A DNA stretch of 64,000 nucleotides, taken from Bacteroidota bacterium (GTDB lineage Bacteria > Bacteroidota > Bacteroidia > Chitinophagales > CAIODY01). How positions within the stretch are numbered: position 1 is the stretch's first letter; every line of letters starts with the position of its first letter. Location: the NCBI GenBank assembly GCA_046051225.1, contig JBJOOR010000009.1:40835-104834 (forward strand), in the 5' to 3' direction. Shown piece after piece: positions 30,547 to 39,905 of this stretch. Under the pieces are notes generated by a model. The model was not told the DNA's origin and did no database searches. It was given only the letters and a program-made list of their open reading frames with translations. A program made the translations under genes and the position numbers.

Positions 30547-31176
30547 TTAAATAATGTGTTTTACTTTTTCAACAAATAATAAAAATAAATTAGGCTGTAA
30601 TAATCCTGTAAATACAAATCCATAAACAGCACCCCAAAAATGCGCATCATGGTTAATATTATCTCCTTTTCGTTTTCCTAAAAAATATTCGGCAGCTAAA
30701 TAAATTACACCAAAAACTATCGCTGGCATTCTAATACCCATCATTAAAATATCTGATGTGGGCGAAATTAAAATATTAGCAAATGTAATGGCTGCTACTG
30801 CACCACTTGCGCCTATTGATGCATAATACGGATTGTTTCTGTTTTTAATATAAGTAGGAATTTCCGAAACAGCAATAGCAGAAATGTACAGAAATAAAAA
30901 ATACAAATTTCCTTTTGCACCAAACATATCGTTGAAATAATAATTCAAATTTGAACCAAATGAATAAAACACAAACATATTTAAAAACAGATGCATAAAA
31001 TCGGCATGAATAAAGCCTGATGAAATAAACCGAAACCATTCTAAAGGATTGCGATTTATTAAGTAAGGAACAAATTTATTTTTATTGAAAAAAGTTTCAT
31101 TTCCGAATGCAATTAATGAAGCCAAAATGGTAATACCTAGAATAAGCCACATATAGGAAAATGAAAATGCCATCAT
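30547..31176 (-). CDS. rhomboid family intramembrane serine protease
   Basis: Six TM helices, catalytic GASGAV serine motif, and downstream H..GA..G. Confidence 0.85.
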   Translation of the reverse strand: MMAFSFSYMWLILGITILASLIAFGNETFFNKNKFVPYLINRNPLEWFRFISSGFIHADFMHLFLNMFVFYSFGSNLNYYFNDMFGAKGNLYFLFLYISAIAVSEIPTYIKNRNNPYYASIGASGAVAAITFANILISPTSDILMMGIRMPAIVFGVIYLAAEYFLGKRKGDNINHDAHFWGAVYGFVFTGLLQPNLFLLFVEKVKHII

Positions 31177-31177
31177 G

Positions 31178-32278
31178 TTATGCTGCTTGGTTTGTAGGCT
31201 TTTCGCCCAATTGTTTTAATAATTTAAAATGCGAAGCTATGGCGGTTGTAAAATGTTCGATATTTCTATATTCCAATCCATATTCTTCGGCAGTTTTTTG
31301 CACTATTGGTGCTACTTCCGCATAGTGTGTATGGCAAATTTTCGGAAACAAATGATGTATTACATGCACATTTATTCCGCCCAACATCCAACACCAAAAT
31401 TTACTTTTTCGGGCAAAATCGCCAGTAGTTTCAACGATGTGAATAGCCCAATTTTTTTCAACATTTCCATCTTCATTTTTGTGCGGAAAGCTTGTGCCTT
31501 CGGTTAAATGCCCTGTTTGAAATGTGAAAGCCAACATCATACCCAACATAGCATGACCTAATAAAAATACAGCAAGAATTTGCCAAAATGAGTAGGGTAG
31601 TAGTAGGGTTGGAAGTATTAAGGTGTAGGAATAATAAAATAATTTAGTGCTGATCAGTTTAAACCATTCGGCAGCTGTAGGTTTCATGCCTGTTTGATAA
31701 TTTTTTAGATGAGAAAAAATCCAAAAATCTTTCGAAAAAACATAGTTGATGGTAAGTACACTATAAATCAAAGGGGCATATAAATATTGATATTTAAAGG
31801 CTGGTTTCCATTTGTCTTCCATCGTAAATCGTAAAATGCCATGCCCTTCGCTACTTGTATCTGCACCATCAATATTTACATAACTATGGTGTGCTGTGTT
31901 ATGCGAATAGCGCCACAAGTATGAGTTTACGCCAATTAAATCTAATGAAAAGGAGAGTAAATTATTAACCCATTTTTGTTTGCTTACAGCGCCATGATTA
32001 GCATCATGAGCAATATTAAATGCAATAAATAAATGGGTAAATAAATGTGCAAATGCTAACATTAATTTTATGTAGGTAGGCAAGTTTAGAAACATTATTG
32101 CAAACCATGTAGCAGCCCATGTTATCATCCAGAAAGCAATTTTAAACCACATTCTGCCATCGGCTAAATAGCCATTTGGTTTATTTTTAAAATATTCATC
32201 TAACCTTGTTTTTAAGGTTTTCATGAAATCTGAATTATTATTCTTTGTAAATTTTACTTTAATATTTGTTGACGACAT
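31178..32278 (-). CDS. membrane fatty acid desaturase
   Basis: Three histidine boxes: HDANHG, HNTAHH and HVIHH. Confidence 0.85.
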   Translation of the reverse strand: MSSTNIKVKFTKNNNSDFMKTLKTRLDEYFKNKPNGYLADGRMWFKIAFWMITWAATWFAIMFLNLPTYIKLMLAFAHLFTHLFIAFNIAHDANHGAVSKQKWVNNLLSFSLDLIGVNSYLWRYSHNTAHHSYVNIDGADTSSEGHGILRFTMEDKWKPAFKYQYLYAPLIYSVLTINYVFSKDFWIFSHLKNYQTGMKPTAAEWFKLISTKLFYYSYTLILPTLLLPYSFWQILAVFLLGHAMLGMMLAFTFQTGHLTEGTSFPHKNEDGNVEKNWAIHIVETTGDFARKSKFWCWMLGGINVHVIHHLFPKICHTHYAEVAPIVQKTAEEYGLEYRNIEHFTTAIASHFKLLKQLGEKPTNQAA

Positions 32279-32422
32279 CTATATTGAATATGAATGAAAG
32301 TTAATTTTCGCAAAGAAAATAAAAAAAGTATAGAATTAAAATGATAAGTAATACTTTATGAAAAACTAAAATTCACAATTACCATGTTAGTGAAATTATG
32401 TAACGAAAAAACCTTTTTAAAA

Positions 32423-32430
32423 TACTTTTG
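32423..32430 (+). promoter_or_regulatory. -7 promoter box TACTTTTG
   Basis: TAnnTTTG match 45 nt upstream of the clpP ATG. Confidence 0.45.
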
Positions 32431-32475
32431 TTCTACATTTCGGAAATATTAAATTAAAATAAAAACAAATTAAAT

Positions 32476-33153
32476 ATGAAAATTCAATCAGAATTCAGAA
32501 AGTATGCAGTCCATAATTTAAATATGAGCGGCAACACAATTGATAGTTATATGAAGAAATCTGTAACTAATCTTACACCATACATTATAGAAGAACGACC
32601 ATTAAATGTAGCTACAATGGACGTTTTTAGCCGATTAATGATGGATAGAATTATTTTTATGGGCGAAGGTATTAATGATTATGTTGCTAATATTATTCAA
32701 GCGCAATTGTTGTTTTTAGAATCTACTGACGCTAAACGTGATATTCAAATTTATGTAAATAGCCCTGGTGGTTCGGTTTATGCTGGTTTAGGTATTTATG
32801 ATACTATGCAATATATTAATCCAGATGTAGCTACTATTTGTACAGGTTTGGCGGCTTCTATGGCGGCTGTTTTATTGTGTGCCGGTGCACCTAAAAAACG
32901 CACAGCATTAAAACATAGCCGTGTAATGATTCATCAGCCATTAGGCGGTGCCGAAGGACAAGCAAGTGATATTGAAATTACTGCTCGTGAAATTTTGAAA
33001 TTGAAAAAGGAGTTGTACGATATTATTGCTAATCATTCAGGCAAAACATATAAAGATGTTGAAAAAAATAGCGATAGAGATTATTGGATGACAGCTGATG
33101 AAGCCAAAGAATATGGAATGATTGATGAAGTGTTGATTAAAAAGCCTGTATAA
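32476..33153 (+). CDS. clpP: ATP-dependent Clp protease proteolytic subunit
   Basis: Catalytic Ser context GLAASMAAVLL, His context MIHQPLGG, plus the Bacteroidota-type N-terminal extension. Confidence 0.95.
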   Translation: MKIQSEFRKYAVHNLNMSGNTIDSYMKKSVTNLTPYIIEERPLNVATMDVFSRLMMDRIIFMGEGINDYVANIIQAQLLFLESTDAKRDIQIYVNSPGGSVYAGLGIYDTMQYINPDVATICTGLAASMAAVLLCAGAPKKRTALKHSRVMIHQPLGGAEGQASDIEITAREILKLKKELYDIIANHSGKTYKDVEKNSDRDYWMTADEAKEYGMIDEVLIKKPV

Positions 33154-33175
33154 TTCTATCAAATATTTTTAAAAA

Positions 33176-33220
33176 CAAAAAAGCGAAGGCAACTTAAAAG
33201 TTTGACTTCGCTTTTTTGTT
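33176..33220. terminator. bidirectional stem-loop terminator after clpP
   Basis: AAGCGAAG (33181-33188) pairs with CTTCGCTT (33206-33213). A-run upstream, T-run downstream. Confidence 0.75.
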
Positions 33221-33310
33221 TTTTAATATCAGCCTACTTCAATAGTAGCTATATTAAAAATTTACTGTGGGATTTTGGGCTTAAGAGCTTACAATGTATA
33301 AATGTTAACG

Positions 33311-33868
33311 GTTGTGTGTTTTATAGAGTAAGTTGTGTTTGTGTATTTGTTGTTAGTTTTTAATTTTCATTTTCTGATTTTTGATTAACGATTGTTGTCG
33401 CCACTTTTCAATTTTAATAGGTTATTAATTATTTTGGGTTGTGTTATTGTGTTGTGTGTTTTGTGTGTGTTTGGTTTTTCAAAATTGTATTTCTAATTTT
33501 TGGTAGCGATTGTTGTCGCCATTTTTATTTTAATGATTACCTACTATTCATAAATTTCTTGCTTCCATATTTTAGCGATTGTAGCCGCTATACTATAGTT
33601 TGGGTTAAATCAAAAATTGGGTTTCAGTTTTTTTGTTCACTTAAATTATTTTTTTTATTGCATGTATGTAAGGTTGTTTTAAAAGGTTAAAATAGATTTT
33701 CTGATTACTAAATTCGTTACGTTTCTTTCATGTTTTAGATGCAGCAATTGTAGTTGCTTATAATTTGATTTAGGTTAAATAATAGGGTTAATAGTTTTGG
33801 TGAAGCAAAGTTTTTTTGTTTCGCTAATTTTGATTTGGCGATTGTTGTCGCAATAAAATGGGTTTAAT
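33311..33868. repeat. array of five same-orientation hairpin-containing repeat units plus two TG-rich tracts
   Basis: Core copies: 33387-33403 (ACGATTGTTGTCGCC), 33504-33522 (AGCGATTGTTGTCGCC), 33573-33590 (TAGCGATTGTAGCCGCTA), 33741-33758 (GCAGCAATTGTAGTTGCT), 33837-33854 (GGCGATTGTTGTCGCAAT). Blocks 33371-33418 and 33490-33534 are near-identical. TG-rich tracts at 33311-33356 and 33436-33474. Confidence 0.8.
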
Positions 33869-34363
33869 TTAATTTTGAGATAAGGTATTGGTTTGATGTA
33901 ATAAACCAACTGGTCGGCCATTAAGCATTGTAAAGCAAAATATCTGCTGCCCTACCAATATTTTTGTTTCGCTTTCATATTCAAATCCATCGTATAGCGG
34001 TATGTTGTTATCTTTCACGGCATATAAAAACGAAAACAATTCTTTATCTTTTTTGAAATAATAATGATAATCATCTTTAGTAACCATTATTTTATTAGCA
34101 TCTTTTTTCTCTAATAATTCAGGATGTTTTTGCGTTTGTTGAATGGCTTGTAATGAGCTGGAATTATTGACGGGAAAATAAGTGTAAGCAAAATTTACAT
34201 ACAATTCGGCTATCATTGACATTTGATTTATTGAGCCAAAAATGCTGCTCGATTTAATTTTATGTTTTGCTGATTTATCTGAAGCCATTGTAGCAAAGCT
34301 TATTAAAAAGCAAAATACCATAGCCATACTTCCTAATGACAGGAATGAAATTTTTCTTAACAT
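33869..34363 (-). CDS. hypothetical secreted protein
   Basis: 164 aa with an N-terminal signal-like hydrophobic segment. No recognisable motif. Confidence 0.5.
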   Translation of the reverse strand: MLRKISFLSLGSMAMVFCFLISFATMASDKSAKHKIKSSSIFGSINQMSMIAELYVNFAYTYFPVNNSSSLQAIQQTQKHPELLEKKDANKIMVTKDDYHYYFKKDKELFSFLYAVKDNNIPLYDGFEYESETKILVGQQIFCFTMLNGRPVGLLHQTNTLSQN

Positions 34364-34579
34364 GATGTTGGGTTATAATTTATGTTTTCTTGTGTTTTGT
34401 GTTATCAATTTTTTCTTTCGATTGATGATACAAAGATATAAGCAGCCATAGCCCTTTCGCATCAGTATCATCTTGCAAATTGATACGTGATAAAACTTAA
34501 AGTAAATAGTTATCAGTTTTTAGTTGATAGTAACTAATTACTAAAAGCTAATAACTCATCCATGCATAATTTATTTATC

Positions 34580-34587
34580 TATATTTG
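34580..34587 (+). promoter_or_regulatory. -7 promoter box TATATTTG
   Basis: TAnnTTTG match 22 nt upstream of the ATG at 34610. Confidence 0.45.
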
Positions 34588-34609
34588 AAGCCAATAATTA
34601 ATACAATTA

Positions 34610-35347
34610 ATGCAACCATTATTTCATTTTGGAAGATATTTAATGATGCTAAATGCCACATTCAGCCGCCCCGAAAACCGCAGAATGTATAGCCGTGAAA
34701 TTCTTCGCCAGATAGTTTCAATGGGCATAGGCTCATTGGGTATTGTATGCGTAATTTCATTTTTTTTGGGCGCTGTTACCACAGTGCAAACAGCCTATCA
34801 ATTAGTATCGCCATTAGTACCATTATATGTAATTGCTTCTATCGTTCGTGATTCATCAATTTTAGAATTATCGGTAACCGTTATATCTTTAGTATTGGCT
34901 GGTAAAATTGGTAGCAATTTGGCTTCCGAATTAGGCACCATGCGCATTAGCGAACAAATTGATGCTTTAGAAATAATGGGTGTAAATAGTAAATCGTATT
35001 TAATTTTACCCAAAATATTAGGCGCTTTAGTTGCCATTCCATCTTTAGTAATTATATCTACAGCCGTTACTATTTTTGGTGGCTATTTTGTTACACTTTT
35101 TACCAGCATACTTACACCCGAACAATATATTTATGGCTTACACGATTCGTTTGTGGGCTTTAATGTTACATTCAGTTTAATAAAAGCATTTACGTTTGCG
35201 TTTTTAATTTCAACTATTGCTTGTTATTATGGTTATTATACCGAAGGCGGCGCTTTCGAAATAGGCAACAGCAGTACAAAATCAGTAGTATGGAGTTGTA
35301 TTTTTATTTTATTTAGCGATTATGTTTTAGCACAATTAATTCTTTAA
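34610..35347 (+). CDS. mlaE: MlaE-family ABC transporter permease
   Basis: 245-aa polytopic protein. SIVRDS..LEL and MRISEQIDALE..GV match MlaE/Ttg2B permeases. Confidence 0.85.
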   Translation: MQPLFHFGRYLMMLNATFSRPENRRMYSREILRQIVSMGIGSLGIVCVISFFLGAVTTVQTAYQLVSPLVPLYVIASIVRDSSILELSVTVISLVLAGKIGSNLASELGTMRISEQIDALEIMGVNSKSYLILPKILGALVAIPSLVIISTAVTIFGGYFVTLFTSILTPEQYIYGLHDSFVGFNVTFSLIKAFTFAFLISTIACYYGYYTEGGAFEIGNSSTKSVVWSCIFILFSDYVLAQLIL

Positions 35348-35359
35348 TAATATTTTTAG

Positions 35360-35986
35360 ATGAACTCAATTCAACAGCTATTAACTGATATTCAAACCAT
35401 CATTCAAGCCCAATCTTTATCACTAATTGATAAGGATATTGCATTGCAAAAAACAAGAAAATTGTATGAAGAAATCAGCGCTTTATCAACTCATAAAATA
35501 GTTGAACATCAAATTGAAAAAGATAGACTTTTTCAGGAAATACCGCAGAACATCTTTCATCATACAAATTCCTATCCTGTTGGAGAGGATAAAGTTGAGG
35601 TTATAAAAATAAATGATGAAAGAGGTTCGAACTTTCCTATTGAAGAAACTGTAAAAACAGAAACTGCAAAACACGAATTAAATACAGAAAGTTTAAACGA
35701 TATTTTAAATAAAAACAGAAAAACAGAATTGGCTGATAAGCTGGAACATTCACCCATAAAGGATTTAAAAGCAACCATTGGCTTTAATGATAAATTTAGT
35801 TTTATACAAAATTTGTTTGCAGGCAATGATGCAGCTTATAAAATGGCAGTTGACCAACTCAATTCGTTTACTTCTAAAGCCGAAGCCGAACAATTAATAA
35901 CCGAACTTTCAAATCAAAATAAATGGAATGAAAACGAAGAAATTTCAGAACATTTTAAAGAATTAATAAATCGTAAATTTTTATAA
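35360..35986 (+). CDS. hypothetical protein
   Basis: 208-aa ORF between mlaE and panB. No motif recognised. Confidence 0.45.
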   Translation: MNSIQQLLTDIQTIIQAQSLSLIDKDIALQKTRKLYEEISALSTHKIVEHQIEKDRLFQEIPQNIFHHTNSYPVGEDKVEVIKINDERGSNFPIEETVKTETAKHELNTESLNDILNKNRKTELADKLEHSPIKDLKATIGFNDKFSFIQNLFAGNDAAYKMAVDQLNSFTSKAEAEQLITELSNQNKWNENEEISEHFKELINRKFL

Positions 35987-35997
35987 AAAATAATTTT

Positions 35998-36819
35998 ATG
36001 AGTACCGAAAGAAGAATGAATGTAAATAAAGTTACTACGCATGTTTTACAAGCTATGAAAGAACGTGGCGAAAAAATAAGCATGCTTACTTCGTACGATT
36101 ATTCGTTAGCAAAAATTGTGGATGCAGCAGGTATTGATGTGATATTGGTAGGCGATTCGGCAAGTAATGTAATGGCTGGCTACGATACCACATTGCCTAT
36201 CACTTTAGACCAAATGATATATCATGCATCATCGGTAAATCGAGCCGTAAAACGTGCATTAGTAGTGGTAGATTTACCTTTTGGTTCATATCAAGGCAAT
36301 TCGAAAGAGGCACTTCAATCATCTATTCGTATCATGAAAGAAAGTGGCGCACATGCTGTAAAAATGGAAGGCGGTGTTGAGATAAAAGAATCAATAGTAA
36401 GAATATTATCGGCAGGTGTACCAGTAATGGGGCATTTGGGTTTAACGCCACAATCTATTAATAAATTTGGTACTTATACTGTAAGAGCTACAGAAGAAAA
36501 AGAAGCCAAAAAATTAATTGAAGATGCCTTATTATTAGAAGAATTAGGATGCTTTAGTATTGTGCTTGAAAAAATACCAGCGGCTTTAGCTGCCGAAGTA
36601 AGCAAGCAATTAAAAATACCTGTAATAGGCATTGGTGCTGGTGCTGATGTGGATGGACAAGTATTAGTATTACACGATATGTTGGGCATTAACCAAGGCT
36701 TTTCGCCACGATTTTTGCGCCGCTATTTAAATTTGTATGATGAAATAAAAACAGCGGTTGGCAATTATATTGAAGATGTAAAATCCGAAGATTTTCCTAA
36801 TGAAAACGAAAAGTATTAA
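35998..36819 (+). CDS. panB: 3-methyl-2-oxobutanoate hydroxymethyltransferase
   Basis: [26 protein letters not shown] and GHLGLTPQS are canonical PanB motifs. Confidence 0.95.
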   Translation: MSTERRMNVNKVTTHVLQAMKERGEKISMLTSYDYSLAKIVDAAGIDVILVGDSASNVMAGYDTTLPITLDQMIYHASSVNRAVKRALVVVDLPFGSYQGNSKEALQSSIRIMKESGAHAVKMEGGVEIKESIVRILSAGVPVMGHLGLTPQSINKFGTYTVRATEEKEAKKLIEDALLLEELGCFSIVLEKIPAALAAEVSKQLKIPVIGIGAGADVDGQVLVLHDMLGINQGFSPRFLRRYLNLYDEIKTAVGNYIEDVKSEDFPNENEKY

Positions 36820-36907
36820 GTTTAAAATACCAAATATACTTAATTTCCATTTTTACAATTTTATGCAATATTGGAGTTGATTATTTGGTGTAATTTTGTA
36901 AAAAAAA

Positions 36908-37420
36908 ATGACAATAGCTGCAATTCTTTCATTTGCTGGTAAAATACTTGAACCAGTAATTACATCAATTAGGAAAAAATATTTTTCTCAACCTAAATTA
37001 GATTTTAGGTTTGTATTTTTTTCAGGTTCTAATTCGCTTATTTTCCCAAATAATGTTTTCTCAAAAATCACATGGAAATATCAAATTGAGGTTTATAACA
37101 ATTCCGAACATTCTGCACATAAATTAAAAATTATTCGACCTAAAGAGAATGAAATATTTACTTAAAAATCTTTTATCGATGAGTTGAAATCAATAAAACC
37201 AATTGAAAAAGCAACTTTTGACATTGAGTTTTACAAAAAGGTAAATAATAGTACAAAAGAAAATATAGTTAATACTCAAAGTAATACACCTGAAATTTTA
37301 GCAACAGAAAAAATAATTTTTCAGTATGAAAACATTAAAGGAAAAGCATTTTTTACAGAGTTTTCATTCAATAATAAAATCGGGGAACAAAATGTTTATT
37401 TGAGTAAAGTTTCTGATTAA
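36908..37420 (+). pseudogene. small hypothetical gene split by a single in-frame TAA (37163-37165)
   Basis: ORFs 36908-37165 and 37184-37420 are in the same frame. The second has only a TTG start. The read-through peptide runs ...ENEIFT*KSFIDELKSIKP... Confidence 0.4.
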
Positions 37421-37426
37421 CTCCCA

Positions 37427-39055
37427 TCACACCTGCATCACACCAACATTATAGCGTTTCACTTCGGGGTTGTGGTTTGCCATTTCAATGCCCATTGATA
37501 AAATTTTTCGGGTATCTAATGGGTCAATAATAGCATCTACCCACAATCGTGAAGCAGCGTAATAAGGCGTTGTCTGGCTGTTGTAACGGTCGGTAATGGT
37601 TTTCAGCATTTCCTTTTCTTCTTCGGGTGTGATTTCTTTTCCTTTAGCTTTCATGCTTGCCACTTGTATTTGCAATAAAGTTTTAGCTGCTTGTTCGCCG
37701 CCCATCACCGCAATTTTTGCAGTAGGCCATGCTACAATTAATCGTGGGTCGTAAGCTTTACCACACATGGCGTAGTTGGCTGCACCATAGCTATTTCCAA
37801 CTACCACAGTAAATTTCGGTACAACAGAATTGCTCATGGCATTCACCAGTTTTGCACCATCTTTAATAATGCCACCATGTTCGCTGCGGCTGCCCACCAT
37901 AAAGCCTGTAGCATCTTGCAAGAACACCAACGGAATATTTTTCTGATTGCAATTCATAATAAATCGAGCTGCTTTATCTGCCGAATCGCTGTAGATAACG
38001 CCACCCATCTGCATTTCGCCTTTTGCACTTTTGGTTACAATTCTGTTATTCGCCACAATGCCCACACTCCAGCCATCAATTCGGGCATAGCCGCAAATAA
38101 TTGTTTTGCCATAATTTTGTTTGTATTCATCCAGCTCACTATTATCTACCATTCGCTCGATGATTTCTCTCATGTCGTAAGGTTTGCCATCGGCAGGAAA
38201 TAAACCGTAAATTTCTTTTTCATCTTTCAATGGTTTCACACTTTCAATGCGGTCGAAACCTGCATTGCCTCTGCGTCCCATCTTGTTTACTAATCGGCGA
38301 ATTTGTTTCAAACACTCTTCATCATTTTTCATTTTGTAATCCGTTACACCACTAATTTCTGTTGTAGTAGTTGCACCGCCAAGCGTTTCTACATCAATAT
38401 TTTCGCCTATTGCAGCCTTTACCAAAAACGGACCAGCTAAGAAAATACTTCCAGTGCCTTCTACAATCAATGCTTCATCACTCATAATTGGCAAGTAGGC
38501 ACCACCTGCCACACATGCACCCATGATAGCTGAAATCTGCGGAATGCCTTTGCTGCTCATCACTGCATTGTTTCTAAACATTCTGCCGAAGTGTTCTTTA
38601 TCAGCAAAAATATCTTCTTGCAATGGCAAATAAATTCCTGCGCTATCCACCAAATAAATTATCGGAATAAAATTTTCCATCGCAATTTCTTGCGCTCTTA
38701 AATTCTTTTTACCAGTGATGGGAAACCATGCACCACTCTTTACAGTCGCATCATTTGCTACCACTAAACATTGTCTGCCTTCGATATAACCCAACACCGA
38801 AATTACGCCACCAGCAGGGCATCCGCCATGTTCGGCATACATTTCATAACCCACAAATGCACCCATTTCAAACTGCGGTTTGTTTTTGTCGAGCAACAAT
38901 TCTATTCTTTCTCTTGCAGTTAATTTTCCTTTTTCGTGCAATTTGTCAATGCTTTTTTGTCCGCCGCCTAATTGAATTTTTTCAAATCGTTTTTTTGCTT
39001 CGCTTAAAAGCAAACGCATGGCATCATCGTTTTTATTGAAAGTTAAATCGGTCAT
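37427..39055 (-). CDS. acyl-CoA carboxylase carboxyltransferase (beta) subunit, methylcrotonyl/propionyl-CoA type
   Basis: 542 aa with two crotonase-like CT halves and motifs such as VVANDATVKSGAW and IMGACVAGGAYLP. Confidence 0.9.
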   Translation of the reverse strand: MTDLTFNKNDDAMRLLLSEAKKRFEKIQLGGGQKSIDKLHEKGKLTARERIELLLDKNKPQFEMGAFVGYEMYAEHGGCPAGGVISVLGYIEGRQCLVVANDATVKSGAWFPITGKKNLRAQEIAMENFIPIIYLVDSAGIYLPLQEDIFADKEHFGRMFRNNAVMSSKGIPQISAIMGACVAGGAYLPIMSDEALIVEGTGSIFLAGPFLVKAAIGENIDVETLGGATTTTEISGVTDYKMKNDEECLKQIRRLVNKMGRRGNAGFDRIESVKPLKDEKEIYGLFPADGKPYDMREIIERMVDNSELDEYKQNYGKTIICGYARIDGWSVGIVANNRIVTKSAKGEMQMGGVIYSDSADKAARFIMNCNQKNIPLVFLQDATGFMVGSRSEHGGIIKDGAKLVNAMSNSVVPKFTVVVGNSYGAANYAMCGKAYDPRLIVAWPTAKIAVMGGEQAAKTLLQIQVASMKAKGKEITPEEEKEMLKTITDRYNSQTTPYYAASRLWVDAIIDPLDTRKILSMGIEMANHNPEVKRYNVGVMQV

Positions 39056-39117
39056 TTATTAGTTATATGAAATTTTAATGAATTGCAAAAATAACCAAGG
39101 AAGGCAGTAAAAGAAGT

Positions 39118-39705
39118 TTATTTTTTAGCTTTTGAAAATTCGATTTCTGCAATGGCCCTTTCTAATAAAAATTGCTCATCGGCATTGTATTTTCTTTTCA
39201 TATTCAAATCATCATCATAAGTACTCATCATTAAATTATAAGCAAATGTTTTTAGCCCACCTTTAAATTCTTTAATCACATCATAGCAACTACTTCCTGT
39301 TTCTCTATTGATAAGCAAAATCAATAATCTACCTTGATGCGTTGTCATATTCACCAATTGATCTTTAAATTGTTTGTTCAATTCGTCTTCTTTACTTTTC
39401 AAATATTGCCTTCTTTCTTTTCTTGTATGGCAGTTGGTTAATTCATTTTTTATTTGATTAAGCAATGATGCAGTTCTTTTTGCATAAGGATAAACAATGG
39501 CTACATCCGACACCAAATTTTTGTATAATCGTTGTTGTTCGTAATCTTTAAACGGACGGAAATCGGTAATAAAAACTGTTCGTAAATATTTTGCAGGAAA
39601 AGTATCGCCTTTAATAATTACGGCATAAACTTTCAATGTATCATTGGCAAATGATGCAGATGTAAAAAAAATGAACCCGAATAGTAGTAGCCAGATTCTT
39701 TTCAT
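39118..39705 (-). CDS. conserved secreted protein (DUF4294-like)
   Basis: Signal peptide MKRIWLLLFGFIFFTSASFA begins at the internal ATG at 39705. A minus-strand -7 box lies between it and the ORF-track start. Confidence 0.5.
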   Translation of the reverse strand: MKRIWLLLFGFIFFTSASFANDTLKVYAVIIKGDTFPAKYLRTVFITDFRPFKDYEQQRLYKNLVSDVAIVYPYAKRTASLLNQIKNELTNCHTRKERRQYLKSKEDELNKQFKDQLVNMTTHQGRLLILLINRETGSSCYDVIKEFKGGLKTFAYNLMMSTYDDDLNMKRKYNADEQFLLERAIAEIEFSKAKK

Positions 39706-39741
39706 TAGTGGTTTAAAACAAAACTTAATTTTATTTGCATA

Positions 39742-39749
39742 CAAACGTA
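39742..39749 (-). promoter_or_regulatory. -7 promoter box TACGTTTG (minus strand)
   Basis: The reverse complement of CAAACGTA is a TAnnTTTG match, 36 nt upstream of the ATG at 39705. Confidence 0.4.
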
Positions 39750-39905
39750 CATACTTTGTAAATAGTACATTCAAATAATCATCAACACCTATTCAATTTT
39801 AATAGACAACCAACAATTTTCGAGTTATTTAAAACTCATTTTTTTATTTCCAACAATAAAATTAATTTTACTTTTATTGCACAATATTTCAATCAAATCT
39901 ATTTT

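Noticed and set aside
33439-33690. 83-aa ORF inside the repeat spacer
   Set aside because: The product is Cys/Phe/Val-rich and low-complexity, created by translating the TG-rich tracts and T-runs. The ORF spans repeat units and has no -7 box or plausible start context.
33311-33868. CRISPR array interpretation of the repeated GCGATTGTTGTCGC units
   Set aside because: The conserved core is only ~14-18 nt and differs between copies. Spacing is irregular (about 70-170 bp), the flanks of the units are themselves related, and there are no cas genes or leader in the window.
33154-33868. Replication origin (oriC) hypothesis for the AT-rich repeat-laden spacer
   Set aside because: No TTATCCACA-type DnaA boxes were seen; the closest is a partial TGTGGGATT. 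dnaA and dnaN are not nearby.
36908-37420. Genetic-code reassignment of TAA as the explanation for the in-frame stop
   Set aside because: The other genes in the window show no in-frame stops under the standard code. TAA ends several of the calls I checked by hand (ligA, the ATPase gene, the DUF6580-like gene). A local mutation or sequencing error is more parsimonious.
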